64,000 nt of DNA. It comes from an uncultured Actinomycetes bacterium. GTDB taxonomy: Bacteria > Actinomycetota > UBA4738 > JBBDTT01. The position numbers and the translations under genes were made by a program. The stretch covers positions 192,001 to 256,000 of the forward strand of contig CAVUMN010000001.1 of the NCBI GenBank assembly GCA_963742735.1, written 5' to 3'. Under the pieces are notes generated by a model. That model saw only the letters and a program-made list of their open reading frames with translations, was not told where the DNA came from and ran no database searches. Shown here piece after piece: positions 31,938-41,569 of the stretch (position 1 is its first letter; each line of letters starts with the position of its first letter).

Positions 31938-32541
31938 CCGCCGCCGCGGGATCCGCCGCCTCCGTCACGGCGCGGACCACGACGATCCGTCCGGCGCCGG
32001 CGGCAACGACCTCCCCCAGGTTCTCCTCGGTGATGCCGCCGATGGCGAACCACGGCCGATCCGCGCGGGCGGCCGCGTGGCGCACGTGGTCGAGACCCGC
32101 CGCCGGCCGGCCGGGCTTCGTCGGCGTCTCCCACACCGGCCCGGCGCAGAGGTAATCCGCCTCCGGGGCCGCCGCGTCGAGCTCGGCCGCCGCGTGCGTG
32201 GACAGTCCGATGATCGCCCCCGGGCCGAGGATCCTCCGCGCCGTGGCCGGCGGGAGGTCGTTCTGCCCGACGTGGACGCCGTCGGCCCCGAGCTCGAGCG
32301 CGACGTCGGGCCGGTCGTTCACCACGAACAGCGCCCCGTGATCACGGGCGGTGTCGCGGAAGGCGGCCCCCCACCGCAGCAGATCCCCCGCCTCGGCGTC
32401 CTTCTCGCGGAGCTGGATCACGTCGACGCCGGCCCGCAGGATGGCGTCGAGGAACCCCGTCAGATCTCCCCGTTCGCGCCGCGCGTCGGTGACGACGTAG
32501 AGGCGGGATCGGGCCAGCCGTTCCCGGCGCGACTCAGCCAC
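31888..32541 (-). CDS. thiE: Thiamine-phosphate synthase
   Basis: [42 protein letters not shown]. Confidence 0.95.
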   Translation of the reverse strand: MAESRRERLARSRLYVVTDARRERGDLTGFLDAILRAGVDVIQLREKDAEAGDLLRWGAAFRDTARDHGALFVVNDRPDVALELGADGVHVGQNDLPPATARRILGPGAIIGLSTHAAAELDAAAPEADYLCAGPVWETPTKPGRPAAGLDHVRHAAARADRPWFAIGGITEENLGEVVAAGAGRIVVVRAVTEAADPAAAVRRLRSGLSPGEPGDA

Positions 32542-32737
32542 CGGCCACGGCCCGCACGAGCTCCAGCCGGTCCCCGGCCGCCAGCCGGATCTCCTCGTAT
32601 CGCGCCCGCTCGAGAGCCTCGCCGTTGTGCTCGACGACCACGAGCTTCGGGTCCAGTTCGCGCGCGCGGATGAACCCGGCCACGGTCGTACCGTCGTCCA
32701 CCTCGTACTCGCGCCCGTTCGCGCGCACCCGGATCAC
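32534..32737 (-). CDS. thiS: Sulfur carrier protein ThiS
   Basis: 67 aa with VVEHNGE and C-terminal AVAGG. TACGAT lies 6 nt before the GTG. Confidence 0.93.
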   Translation of the reverse strand: MIRVRANGREYEVDDGTTVAGFIRARELDPKLVVVEHNGEALERARYEEIRLAAGDRLELVRAVAGG

Positions 32738-32772
32738 CCCTCGATCGTAGCCGGGCTGAGTATCCTCACCGC

Positions 32773-33240
32773 GTGCCCTCCTCCGATTCCATCCGCCGTG
32801 TGCTGGTCGCCACCGACGGCTCGGGCCGTGCCACCAAGGCGGTCGTCTGGGCGGCCGAGCTGGCGGATCGCTACCAGGCCGAGCTGCACCTAGTGCGCGT
32901 CATCGTCCCGAAGATCGGGACCACGCCGGGCGCCGCGGAGCGCGAGCAGGCCCACCGCGACGAGGTCACCCTCCGCCAGGAGGCCGAGGCGCACGTCGGC
33001 GAACGCGGCCGGGCCCACGTCGTCATCCATGAGAAGCCGGCGCACGCGATCTGCCAGACGGCATTCGACAACCACATCGATGCGATCGTCATGGGCAACG
33101 CCGGAATGAGCGGACGCAAGGAGTTCCTGCTGGGCAACGTCCCCAACTGGGTATCGCACAACGCGCCGTGCACGGTCATCATCGTCAACACGGAGGACGA
33201 GGAGCCCACCGGATGGCGCCGGCTCCTCAAGCGAGGATGA
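32773..33240 (+). CDS. Universal stress protein
   Basis: VLVATDGS and IVMGNAG....LLGNVPNWVSHNAPCTVIIV. TATCCT lies 6 nt before the GTG. Confidence 0.92.
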   Translation: MPSSDSIRRVLVATDGSGRATKAVVWAAELADRYQAELHLVRVIVPKIGTTPGAAEREQAHRDEVTLRQEAEAHVGERGRAHVVIHEKPAHAICQTAFDNHIDAIVMGNAGMSGRKEFLLGNVPNWVSHNAPCTVIIVNTEDEEPTGWRRLLKRG

Positions 33241-33244
33241 GGAC

Positions 33245-34861
33245 GTGACCACGAGCGAGGAGGACCTTCTCCACTCCGACGCCAGCCTGCTCGGGCGGGC
33301 GGCGCGCATCGGCCGCGTCATGGCCAAGAACGGCCTCCGGGAGTTCTTCTTCGAGCGCGGCAACGACGACGCCGTGTCGATGCAGGCCCGGGCCCACCGG
33401 TTCAAGGAGGCCCTCGAGGAGCTCGGACCGACGTTCGCGAAGCTCGGGCAGGTCCTGTCCACGCGGCCCGACCTGCTCCCCGCGCCGTTCATCGACGAGC
33501 TCTCCAAGCTCCAGGACGACGTGGATCCCCTCACCGAGGCCGAGGTGGTCCGGGTCATGGAGGAGGAGCTCGGCGTCCCCTGGGAGGACGTCTTCGCGAC
33601 CATCGAGGAGACCCCGCTGGCCGCGGGCTCGATGGCCCAGGTCCACCGGGCGACCCTCGAGAACGGCGCGAGGGTGGTCCTGAAGGTCCAGCGCCCAACC
33701 GCGTCCACCGACATCCTGGCCGACGTGGAGCTGCTGAAGATCTTCGCGGACAAGACCGCGGAGCGCAGCGCGTTCCGCCAGGTCATCGACGCGCCGGCGA
33801 TCATCGAACACCTCACCGACTCGTTGAAGCGCGAGCTCGACTTCCGCCACGAGGCGGCGAACCTGGAGCGGATGCGCGAGGTCCTGGCGCCGTTCGACCG
33901 GCTGGACGTTCCCCGCCTGTACGAGGACTTCACCACCGCGCGGTTCCTGGTCATGGAGGAGATCGAGGGCGTCTCGATCCGCGAGACCGAGCAGAGCCCG
34001 GAACGCAAGGAGGCCGCGAAGCAGCTCCTGGAGGCCTACTACCGCCAGATCCTGACCGAGGGCTTCTTCCACGCCGATCCCCATCCGGGGAACCTGATGT
34101 GGTGGAACGACAAGCTCTACTTCCTGGACTTCGGAATGGTCGGCGAGATCGTCCCCGAGGTCCGCGAGCTCCTGATGCTCATGCTGATGGCGCTGTGGCA
34201 GGAGGACACCTCGTTCCTGGCCGACGTGATCCTGCAGCTCGCCGGGGCCAACGCCAGCGCCGAGCTCGACGCTGCGGCCTTCGAGGCGGACCTCGACGTG
34301 GTGCTCAAGCAGTTCCGGGGCCTGTCGCTGAAGGAGATCCAGCTCGGCCCGATGCTCCAGGAGATCACCCAGATCTCGATCAAGCACAACGTCCGGCTCC
34401 CGGCGTCGATGGCCCTCACCGGGAAGGCCCTGGCGCAGATGCAGCTCGCCGCGGCGGAGATGGACCCCGAGCTCGATCCGTTCTCCGTGGCCGGCCGGTA
34501 CGTGATGCGCTCGCTCACCGAGCAGTTCCGCCACCGGGCCAACCCCCGGAACCTGTACTACGAGGCCCAGAAGGTCTCCATGCGGATGCGCCGGCTGGTC
34601 GAGGCCCTCGAGCGGCTGACCGGGGCCCGGGCCGGCCCTCGGATGCAGATCCAGTTCAAGGGAACGGAGCGGCTGGAGGCCTCGATCCAGCAGGCCGGCC
34701 GCCGGCTGGCCATGGCCATCGTGGCCGGCGCGGCGTTCTTCGGGGCGGCGACGACGACGGGCGACCCGACCGTGGCCGACTGGGTCCCGGCGGCGAGCGG
34801 GCTGCTCGGCGGCGGGCTCACTCTCGCGCTGATCGTCGACTTCCTGCGCCGCCGGCGCTAG
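33245..34861 (+). CDS. AarF/ABC1/UbiB-family atypical kinase
   Basis: LGPTFAKLGQVLSTRPDL, LAAGSMAQVH, KVQRP, FFHADPHPGN, LDFGMVG, two C-terminal TMs. Confidence 0.93.
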   Translation: MTTSEEDLLHSDASLLGRAARIGRVMAKNGLREFFFERGNDDAVSMQARAHRFKEALEELGPTFAKLGQVLSTRPDLLPAPFIDELSKLQDDVDPLTEAEVVRVMEEELGVPWEDVFATIEETPLAAGSMAQVHRATLENGARVVLKVQRPTASTDILADVELLKIFADKTAERSAFRQVIDAPAIIEHLTDSLKRELDFRHEAANLERMREVLAPFDRLDVPRLYEDFTTARFLVMEEIEGVSIRETEQSPERKEAAKQLLEAYYRQILTEGFFHADPHPGNLMWWNDKLYFLDFGMVGEIVPEVRELLMLMLMALWQEDTSFLADVILQLAGANASAELDAAAFEADLDVVLKQFRGLSLKEIQLGPMLQEITQISIKHNVRLPASMALTGKALAQMQLAAAEMDPELDPFSVAGRYVMRSLTEQFRHRANPRNLYYEAQKVSMRMRRLVEALERLTGARAGPRMQIQFKGTERLEASIQQAGRRLAMAIVAGAAFFGAATTTGDPTVADWVPAASGLLGGGLTLALIVDFLRRRR

Positions 34862-34867
34862 CCGCGC

Positions 34868-35083
34868 TCAGTCCTCCACGCGGATCGCGGTCGCGTCGTG
34901 GTGTCCCGAGCGATCGGAGTGCTCGTCCAGGCCCTTGGCGCGAAGCCCCTTCAGGATCCGCTTCTCGAGGACCCACACGATCACCGCCATCCCGCTGCCG
35001 ATGACCACCCGCTGAACGGGATGGCGCTTTGGCTTGTGAGCCGGCCTGCGCTCCCAGGCCCGGACACGGCGCCGCACCGCCAC
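34868..35083 (-). CDS. Small hypothetical protein (one TM)
   Basis: Fills the gap between neighbours, directly after the upstream stop. HPVQRVVIGSGMAVIVWVLEKRILKGL. Confidence 0.5.
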   Translation of the reverse strand: MAVRRRVRAWERRPAHKPKRHPVQRVVIGSGMAVIVWVLEKRILKGLRAKGLDEHSDRSGHHDATAIRVED

Positions 35084-35085
35084 GG

Positions 35086-35865
35086 TTAGGCCGTCTTCCT
35101 GGGCCGGCGCCGCGGCGCTTCCGGCGTGGGCGGCTCGTATGCCCGGAGGGCCTCGACCCGCTGCCAGTGATACCGGAACACGGCGGAGGCACCCAGGGCC
35201 AGGAACCCGAACGAGATGAACCGGCCGATGCCGTACTCGACCGCGGGGACCGTCACCAGGTTCGCCAGACCGCCCAGTGCAGAGATCGCCGCGCCCGCCA
35301 GGACGAGCAGGGCCACGAAGGTCGTCGTGTACAGGTACAGCTCGTACGGTCGTCGCGCCTCGCCCTCCACAAATCCCGGCGCGGACACCAGCTTCAGCGC
35401 CCGAACGGCGTGGAGGCGGGCCAGGACGGCGCCGGCGGCGAGCACGACGATCGCGTCGAGCACCGCCGCGACCGCACCCGATCGATCGCCGAACCGCCGG
35501 AGATCGGAAAAGGCGATCGGGGCCTCGCTCGAGCCGGAGCACTCGACCGAACCGTCGGGACCGCTCGAGCACGCCTCGAATTCCGTGCCCTGCACGTAGG
35601 CGGGCGCGTCGGCGACCGGGGAGGTGTATGGGTACCCGTACGAGTCGCCGAACAGGCCCTGGACCATGCCCGAGCCCAGGCGAAACAGCCCGAAGAGGGC
35701 AATGAACACGCCCACGAAGGTCACGGCGAGCAGATAGATCAGGTACGGGCGATCGCTACGGTGATCGGCGCCCCGGCTTCCGAGAGCGATCAGGAGCAGG
35801 AACCCCACCGCCAGCAGGACGACGGAGAACAGATCGAAGGTTCCGAAAAAGAGCTGTGCGACCAC
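35086..35865 (-). CDS. Hypothetical membrane protein (DUF5671-like)
   Basis: RBS AGGAGG. Two similar YLIYLLAV / YELYLYTT TM modules, ending FRYHW. Confidence 0.6.
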   Translation of the reverse strand: MVAQLFFGTFDLFSVVLLAVGFLLLIALGSRGADHRSDRPYLIYLLAVTFVGVFIALFGLFRLGSGMVQGLFGDSYGYPYTSPVADAPAYVQGTEFEACSSGPDGSVECSGSSEAPIAFSDLRRFGDRSGAVAAVLDAIVVLAAGAVLARLHAVRALKLVSAPGFVEGEARRPYELYLYTTTFVALLVLAGAAISALGGLANLVTVPAVEYGIGRFISFGFLALGASAVFRYHWQRVEALRAYEPPTPEAPRRRPRKTA

Positions 35866-35900
35866 GTGAGGCCTCCTGGCGTCGGCGGGCAGCCCGGACG

Positions 35901-37118
35901 CTAGACCGTGGAGCCGGGCCCGGGCAAGGCCCCGGAGGCAAGCATCCGCTCGGTGCCCGGGGTCAGGCGGCCCCAGTCCTCCCAGACCGGGTCGTAGCCG
36001 AGCTCCCGCAGTCGCGCGGCGACCTCGGCCGGCGAGCGGAGGTCGGCAACCTCGAACTGCTCCGTCGCCTCGTCGGGGTGCTCGTAGCCGCCCGGCTCGG
36101 TGTGGGAGCCGGCGCTCGTGTGGGTGATCCCCAGGCGGAACAGCCCGTCGCGGAACTCGGCCTGCTCGCGGCTGGACAGGACCAGGCCGGCGTCGGGCAT
36201 CGACAGCCGCATCGCGCACACCAGCTGGGTGAGCTCGGCGTCGGAGAGCAGCACCCTCGGCTGGTAGCCCGCCGCGCTCGGCCGCATCCGCGGAACGCTC
36301 ACGGTGACCTGGGTCCGCCAGTACCGCTTCATCAGGAACCGGGCGTGCGCGGCCGTGGCGATGGCCTCGTACCGCCAGTCGTCGTGCAACCCGAACAGCG
36401 CGCCGATCCCCACCCGGCGCATCCCGGCCCGCGCCGCCCGCTCCGGCCCGGTCAGACGCCACTCGAAGTGACGCTTCCGCCCGGCCAGGTGGACCTTCGC
36501 GTAGGTGCCCGGGTGGTAGGTCTCCTGGTAGATCACGACGGCCTCGCACCCGGCAACCTCGAGCCGGCGGTACTCCTCCTCGCTCCACACCTGGACCTCG
36601 ATGGCGAGCGCGGGGACCTCCTCGGACAGCGCGCGGATCTTCTCCTCCAGGAACTCGACGCCGGTCAAGCGCTCGTGCTCGCCGGTCAGGAGCAGGATCG
36701 ACCGGAACCCCTGGCGCAGGAGATGTCGGGCCTCCTCCATGGTCTCCTCGGTCGACAGCGTCTTGCGGGCGATCGAGAGCTCGCGCGCGAAGCCGCAGTA
36801 CGTGCACGAGGTCAGGCACTCGTTCGAGAGATAGAGCGGCGCGTACATGTGCATGGTCCGGCCGAACCGCGCGACGGTCAGCCGGTGCGACGCGGCGGCC
36901 ATCGACTCCAGCCGCTCGCCGGCGGCCGGCGAGAGCAGCGCCGCGAAGTCGTGCAGGGTTCGCTCCAGGGGCGCGGTGGACATCGCCCGGTCCACCTGGG
37001 GGCCCGACGCGCCCTCGGCGAGCCCCAGCAGGTCGTCGAACGGAAGGGCGGCCAGCGCCTCGGCGAACGTGACCGACGGGAGCGGGTCGGTGAAGCCGTT
37101 CCCCCGGTGGTCGGTCAC
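35901..37118 (-). CDS. thiH: 2-iminoacetate synthase ThiH (radical SAM tyrosine lyase)
   Basis: [19 protein letters not shown] (CxxxCxxC), [38 protein letters not shown]. Confidence 0.93.
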   Translation of the reverse strand: MTDHRGNGFTDPLPSVTFAEALAALPFDDLLGLAEGASGPQVDRAMSTAPLERTLHDFAALLSPAAGERLESMAAASHRLTVARFGRTMHMYAPLYLSNECLTSCTYCGFARELSIARKTLSTEETMEEARHLLRQGFRSILLLTGEHERLTGVEFLEEKIRALSEEVPALAIEVQVWSEEEYRRLEVAGCEAVVIYQETYHPGTYAKVHLAGRKRHFEWRLTGPERAARAGMRRVGIGALFGLHDDWRYEAIATAAHARFLMKRYWRTQVTVSVPRMRPSAAGYQPRVLLSDAELTQLVCAMRLSMPDAGLVLSSREQAEFRDGLFRLGITHTSAGSHTEPGGYEHPDEATEQFEVADLRSPAEVAARLRELGYDPVWEDWGRLTPGTERMLASGALPGPGSTV

Positions 37119-37936
37119 GGGTCCGTCACGGCCGCGTCGGCCTGCGAGGTGATCAGCTTGTCGAGGAAGCCCGTCAGCGGGCTCGACGCCTCCGCCTCGT
37201 CGCGCTCGGGCGGACGGCCGGCGGCGAACGCCATTCTCCCGGCCTCCACGCCGAGCCGGAACGCCCGGGCCATCTCGGCGGGGTCACGGGCCACGGCCAC
37301 GGCGGTGTTCACCAGCACCGCGTCCACGCCCATCTCCATCGCCTCCGACGCGTGCGAGGGGGCGCCCAGCCCGGCGTCGACGACCACCGGGACCGTTGCC
37401 TGCTCGACGATGATCCGCACGGCGTCGCGGGTGCGGACGCCCTGGTTCGAGCCGATCCAGGACCCCAGCGGCATCACGGTCGCGCACCCCGCCTCCTCGA
37501 GCCGCTTGGCCAGGACCGGGTCGGCGTTGATGTAGGGCAGGACCGTGAAGCCGTCCTTGACCAGCTCCTCGGCGGCGCGGAGCGTCTCCACCGGGTCGGG
37601 CAGCAGGTAGCGCGGCTCGGGGGTGATCTCCAGCTTCACCCACTCGGGCATGCCGGCCGCGCGAGCCAGGCGGGCCAGCCGGACGGCCTCGTCGGCGTCG
37701 ACCGCGCCCGAGGTGTTGGGCAGGAGCAGCACCCGGTCGGCGTCGATGAACTCCAGGATGTCGGGTCCACCCGTCGACTCGAGGTCCACGCGGCGCAGGG
37801 CGACCGTCACCATCTGGGTTCCGCTGGCCTCGATCGCCTCGCGCATCACGGGAAACGAGCCGAACTTGCCGGTGCCCAGGATCAGCCGCGACGCGAAGCT
37901 GCGCCCGCCGATGACGAGGGGATCCTCGATGCTCAC
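37115..37936 (-). CDS. thiG: Thiazole synthase ThiG
   Basis: [44 protein letters not shown]. Confidence 0.96.
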   Translation of the reverse strand: MSIEDPLVIGGRSFASRLILGTGKFGSFPVMREAIEASGTQMVTVALRRVDLESTGGPDILEFIDADRVLLLPNTSGAVDADEAVRLARLARAAGMPEWVKLEITPEPRYLLPDPVETLRAAEELVKDGFTVLPYINADPVLAKRLEEAGCATVMPLGSWIGSNQGVRTRDAVRIIVEQATVPVVVDAGLGAPSHASEAMEMGVDAVLVNTAVAVARDPAEMARAFRLGVEAGRMAFAAGRPPERDEAEASSPLTGFLDKLITSQADAAVTDP

Positions 37937-37937
37937 G

Positions 37938-38034
37938 CTTCCTCCGCCGGCATTACCCGGATCAGGTTCGGTTCGGGTCGCCGGCGCGTGTCGGCCGGCC
38001 TCTCAGCCCGGTTGTCCCGAGCTCCCCGGTGTTC
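37938..38034 (-). ncRNA. TPP riboswitch
   Basis: Minus strand reads CCGGGGAGC...GGGCTGAGAG...GACCC...GAACCTGATCCGGGTAATGCCGGCGGAGGAAGC-GTG(thiG). The SD (GGAGG) lies in the aptamer 3' strand. -10 TATACT at 38041-38046. Confidence 0.93.
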
Positions 38035-38833
38035 GCATCGAGTATAGGTCGGCCGCCACGCGCCGTTCCCGGGCCCACTTCTTCCAGTCCGAGCGCTTCG
38101 TCGACCACACCAGGTCGGTGACGATCTGGAGGATCCCGAATGCGAGAACCGCCACGAGCGACCACGCGGGGAACACGTCCAGGAACTCGTAGCGCAGGTA
38201 GACGAACAGCCCCCAGGCGCCCACCGCGAAGGGCGCGAGCTTCGAGGCGACCGCGCCCGCCGCGTGCATCCTCGCCCTGCGCCGAGGGTCGGCTCTCAGA
38301 TAGCTGGCGTAGTCGGTCTTGATCCCCGGTTGGATCCGGAACGGCCCGTTCAGGAAGTAGGCCCGGAAGCGTATGCCGCCCAGGCGGCCCACCGCCCAGT
38401 GCGCCAGATCATGGAACGTCACCGACAACCCGGCCGCAGCCACGACCAGCGCTACCCCCGCCCAGCCCACGTGGAACCGGCCCACGCGGATCCGGGGATC
38501 GCCGGGCTGCCACCCGTCGATCAGGTTGATGATCTCGATGCCGAGGCTCGACACCCACAGGACCAACCCCTTCAGCGCGACGGTTCCGGCGATCAGGAGC
38601 AGGTTGCCGAAGCCGATCGAGAACCGCACGCGGTGCTTGGCCTCGAAGGCGAGGCGGTCGATCTCGCCGATCTCGTCGGCGAGGGCCTCGATGAGCGCGG
38701 GATCGCGCTTGACCCTCGAGACGATCGGCCAGAACCCGAGCGCGCGGAGATCTGAGTCCTCGGCCTCGACCCGGGCCCGGATCCGGGCCAGGTCCTCACG
38801 AAGCTTCGACGCGTCGCTCCCGTGCGCAGGCAT
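38003..38833 (-). CDS. Membrane protein, site-2-protease (M50)-like with HDxxH variant motif
   Basis: TFHDLAHWAVGRLGGIRF, MHAAGAVAS, several TMs. Confidence 0.55.
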   Translation of the reverse strand: MPAHGSDASKLREDLARIRARVEAEDSDLRALGFWPIVSRVKRDPALIEALADEIGEIDRLAFEAKHRVRFSIGFGNLLLIAGTVALKGLVLWVSSLGIEIINLIDGWQPGDPRIRVGRFHVGWAGVALVVAAAGLSVTFHDLAHWAVGRLGGIRFRAYFLNGPFRIQPGIKTDYASYLRADPRRRARMHAAGAVASKLAPFAVGAWGLFVYLRYEFLDVFPAWSLVAVLAFGILQIVTDLVWSTKRSDWKKWARERRVAADLYSMRTPGSSGQPG

Positions 38834-38847
38834 GAGCCCCACCTACA

Positions 38848-40710
38848 ATGAGTTCGGCCGCTCCCCCAGCGGAAACGCACGCCGTGATCGAAACCACCGT
38901 CGACGGTCGCTATCAGATCATCGCCCGGATCGCCTCAGGCGGTATGGGCGAGGTTTACCGTGCCCACGACGCGGTCCTGGACCGCGAGGTCGCGCTCAAG
39001 GTGCTCCACACGAACCTGGCGGGCGACCCGGGCTTCATCGAGCGTTTCCGCAAGGAGGCGCGCGCGGCGGCCATGCTCGGGCACTCCAACATCGTGGCCG
39101 TGCACGACTGGGGCAACACGAACGGCACCTACTTCATGGTCATGGAGTTCGTCCGCGGGCACAGCCTGCGCTCGGTCCTGGCCCGGGCCGGCCGGCTGGC
39201 GCCCTCCCAGACCGCGGAGATCGCCGTCCAGGTCCTGGCGGCGCTCGACCATGCGCACAACCGGGGCATCGTCCACCGCGACATCAAGCCCGAGAACATC
39301 CTGATGACCCTCGACGGCGTGGTGAAGGTGGCCGACTTCGGCCTGGCCCGGGCCCTGGCCGAGTCCGCGATCACCCACGCCCCCGGGACGGTCACGGGCA
39401 CCGTCCAGTACCTCGCCCCCGAGCAGGTCTCGGGCGACCCCGCGGACCCCCGCACCGACCTGTACTCCCTCGGCATCGTCATGTACGAGCTGCTCACCGG
39501 CAGGGTCCCGTTCACCGGCGAGACGTCGGTGGCGATCGCCTACAAGCACCTGTCGTCCCGGGTCCCGGCGCCCTCGCGGTCGAACGCGATCGTCCCGCCC
39601 GCGATGGACCGCATCGTCGGCACCGCCACCGAGAAGGAGCGCGAGCGCCGGCCCCCCAACGCCGCGACGATGCGGCGCGAGATCGTCACGGCCATGTCCG
39701 GCCTGCCCCCCGCCCGCTCCCTGACCGAGCTGGCGCGGGAGATCCCTCCCTCGGACGTGGTGCCCGATGACCGCGCACCCACGGTCACCATCCCCCGGAC
39801 GCTGGCCCCTCGCCAGCGACGGAAGCGGACCCTGCGGGCGTTCGTCACGGCCATCGCCCTGGTGATGGCCCTGGTCGCGGCGGCGTGGGCCACGTGGACC
39901 TACGCGATCCCCCACAACCGAGAGGTCCCCAGGCTCGTGGGCCTGACCCAGAGCCAGGCCGAGGCCGAGCTCGACAAGCTCGGCCTGAAGGCCGGCTACA
40001 ACGATCCCCAGTACTCGTCGGAGGTCCCCGCCGGACGGATCCTCAGCCAGAGCGTGGCGGAGGAGGAGGTCATCCAGGCCGGCGACACGGTGACCCTCAC
40101 CCTGTCGCTCGGGCCCGAGTTCCGGGCGGTGCCCAACCTCACCGGCCGGCCGCTGGCTGCCGCGAAGTCCGCCCTCAAGAACGCGGGCTTCAAGGTCGGC
40201 TCGACCAAGCCGGTCTTCCACGAGACGATCGCCGCGGGCCGCGTCGTACGGACCGAGCCCGGCGCCGGCAGCCAGTACGAGGTCGGCTCCTCGGTCATCC
40301 TGGTCGTCAGCCAGGGCCCGAAGCCCGTCCCCGTGCCCAACGTCGTCGGCGACCCGCGCAGCGAGGCCGAGTCGAAGATCCTCACCGCCGGGCTGGTGCC
40401 GAACGTCGTCGAGGAGTTCAGCGGCGAGGTCGACAAGGGCATCGTCATCCGCACCGATCCCGAGGCCGGCACGGCCCTGGCGCGCGGCGACCAGGTAACG
40501 ATCGTCGTCTCGAGCGGGCCCCGCAGGTTCGACATGCCGGACGTCCGAGGCAAGGACGTCGACGAGGCCCAGGCCCAGCTCGAGGCACTGGGACTGCACG
40601 TTCGCCGCGTCCCGATCCCCGGCGCGGCGGAGGGCAAGGTCGTCGGCCAGGACCCCGAGCCCGGCCAGACCGTGGAACAGGGCGACACGGTCACGCTGTA
40701 TCACGGCTAG
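38848..40710 (+). CDS. Ser/Thr protein kinase with 4 PASTA domains (PknB/PknL type)
   Basis: GGMGEVY, VALK, HRDIKPEN, DFGLA, YLAPE, a TM, then four VPxLxG/VPNVVG/MPDVRG repeats. True start may be GTG 38884 because TACAAT occupies 38844-38849. Confidence 0.95.
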   Translation: MSSAAPPAETHAVIETTVDGRYQIIARIASGGMGEVYRAHDAVLDREVALKVLHTNLAGDPGFIERFRKEARAAAMLGHSNIVAVHDWGNTNGTYFMVMEFVRGHSLRSVLARAGRLAPSQTAEIAVQVLAALDHAHNRGIVHRDIKPENILMTLDGVVKVADFGLARALAESAITHAPGTVTGTVQYLAPEQVSGDPADPRTDLYSLGIVMYELLTGRVPFTGETSVAIAYKHLSSRVPAPSRSNAIVPPAMDRIVGTATEKERERRPPNAATMRREIVTAMSGLPPARSLTELAREIPPSDVVPDDRAPTVTIPRTLAPRQRRKRTLRAFVTAIALVMALVAAAWATWTYAIPHNREVPRLVGLTQSQAEAELDKLGLKAGYNDPQYSSEVPAGRILSQSVAEEEVIQAGDTVTLTLSLGPEFRAVPNLTGRPLAAAKSALKNAGFKVGSTKPVFHETIAAGRVVRTEPGAGSQYEVGSSVILVVSQGPKPVPVPNVVGDPRSEAESKILTAGLVPNVVEEFSGEVDKGIVIRTDPEAGTALARGDQVTIVVSSGPRRFDMPDVRGKDVDEAQAQLEALGLHVRRVPIPGAAEGKVVGQDPEPGQTVEQGDTVTLYHG

Positions 40711-40723
40711 CCTCCGCGAACGC

Positions 40724-41569
40724 ATGCGGATCGGCGCGCACGTCTTCACCCCGCGCGGCCCGGTGTCCGGGATCGAGAACGCCCTCGAGGTCCGCGCCGA
40801 GGCCATCCAGTTCTTCGCCTCGAATCCGCGTGCGTGGGCCTCGCGGGTCATCCCTCCCGCGACCGCCGCCGAGTTCCGGGCGCGGATGGCGGCGGAGGGC
40901 GTCGGCCCGCTGTACATCCACGTGACCTATCTGGTGAACGTCGCCTCGCCGAAGGAGGAGTTCCGGGCGAAGAGCGTGGCCGCGGCGATCGCGGACCTCG
41001 AAGCGGCCGAGGCCTTGGGCGCGGCCGGCCTCGTCGTGCACTCCGGGTCCGCGGGCGCCGGCACCCCGCGACCCGAGGCCGTGGCCCGGTCCACCGAGTC
41101 GATCCTCGAGATCGCCGGGCACGCCCGGGATGCCGAGGTCCTGATCGAGCTCACCGCCGGAACGGCCGGGTCCGTCGCCGCCACGATCCCCGAGGCGGCG
41201 GAGCTCTTCGCGTCGATCGGCGAACATCCCCGGGTGGCGCTCTGCCTCGACACCTGTCACCTGTTCGCTGCGGGCTACGCACTGGACGAACCGGAGGGCG
41301 TTCGAGCCTGCTTCGGGGAGGTGCGGGACCTGGGACTGGAGCCGAAGCTCCGGCTCATCCACGCCAACGACGCGGCGTTCCCGCGCGGCTCCAGGCGGGA
41401 CCGCCACACGAACATCGGGACGGGGGGGATCGGCGAGACCGGGTTCCGCGACGTCCTGGCCGAGCCGTCGGTCCGGGCGTCCAGCGTCCTGGTGGAGACC
41501 CCCGGGCGCCGGGACGACCACCGTCGCGACGTGGAGACCCTCAGTCGACTGGCCGAGGAGGTCGCGTGA
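40724..41569 (+). CDS. nfo: Endonuclease IV (AP endonuclease)
   Basis: RIGAH, HVTYLVN, VVHSGS, CLDTCHLFAAG, HANDA, DRHTNIG.G.IG, VETP. Confidence 0.93.
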   Translation: MRIGAHVFTPRGPVSGIENALEVRAEAIQFFASNPRAWASRVIPPATAAEFRARMAAEGVGPLYIHVTYLVNVASPKEEFRAKSVAAAIADLEAAEALGAAGLVVHSGSAGAGTPRPEAVARSTESILEIAGHARDAEVLIELTAGTAGSVAATIPEAAELFASIGEHPRVALCLDTCHLFAAGYALDEPEGVRACFGEVRDLGLEPKLRLIHANDAAFPRGSRRDRHTNIGTGGIGETGFRDVLAEPSVRASSVLVETPGRRDDHRRDVETLSRLAEEVA

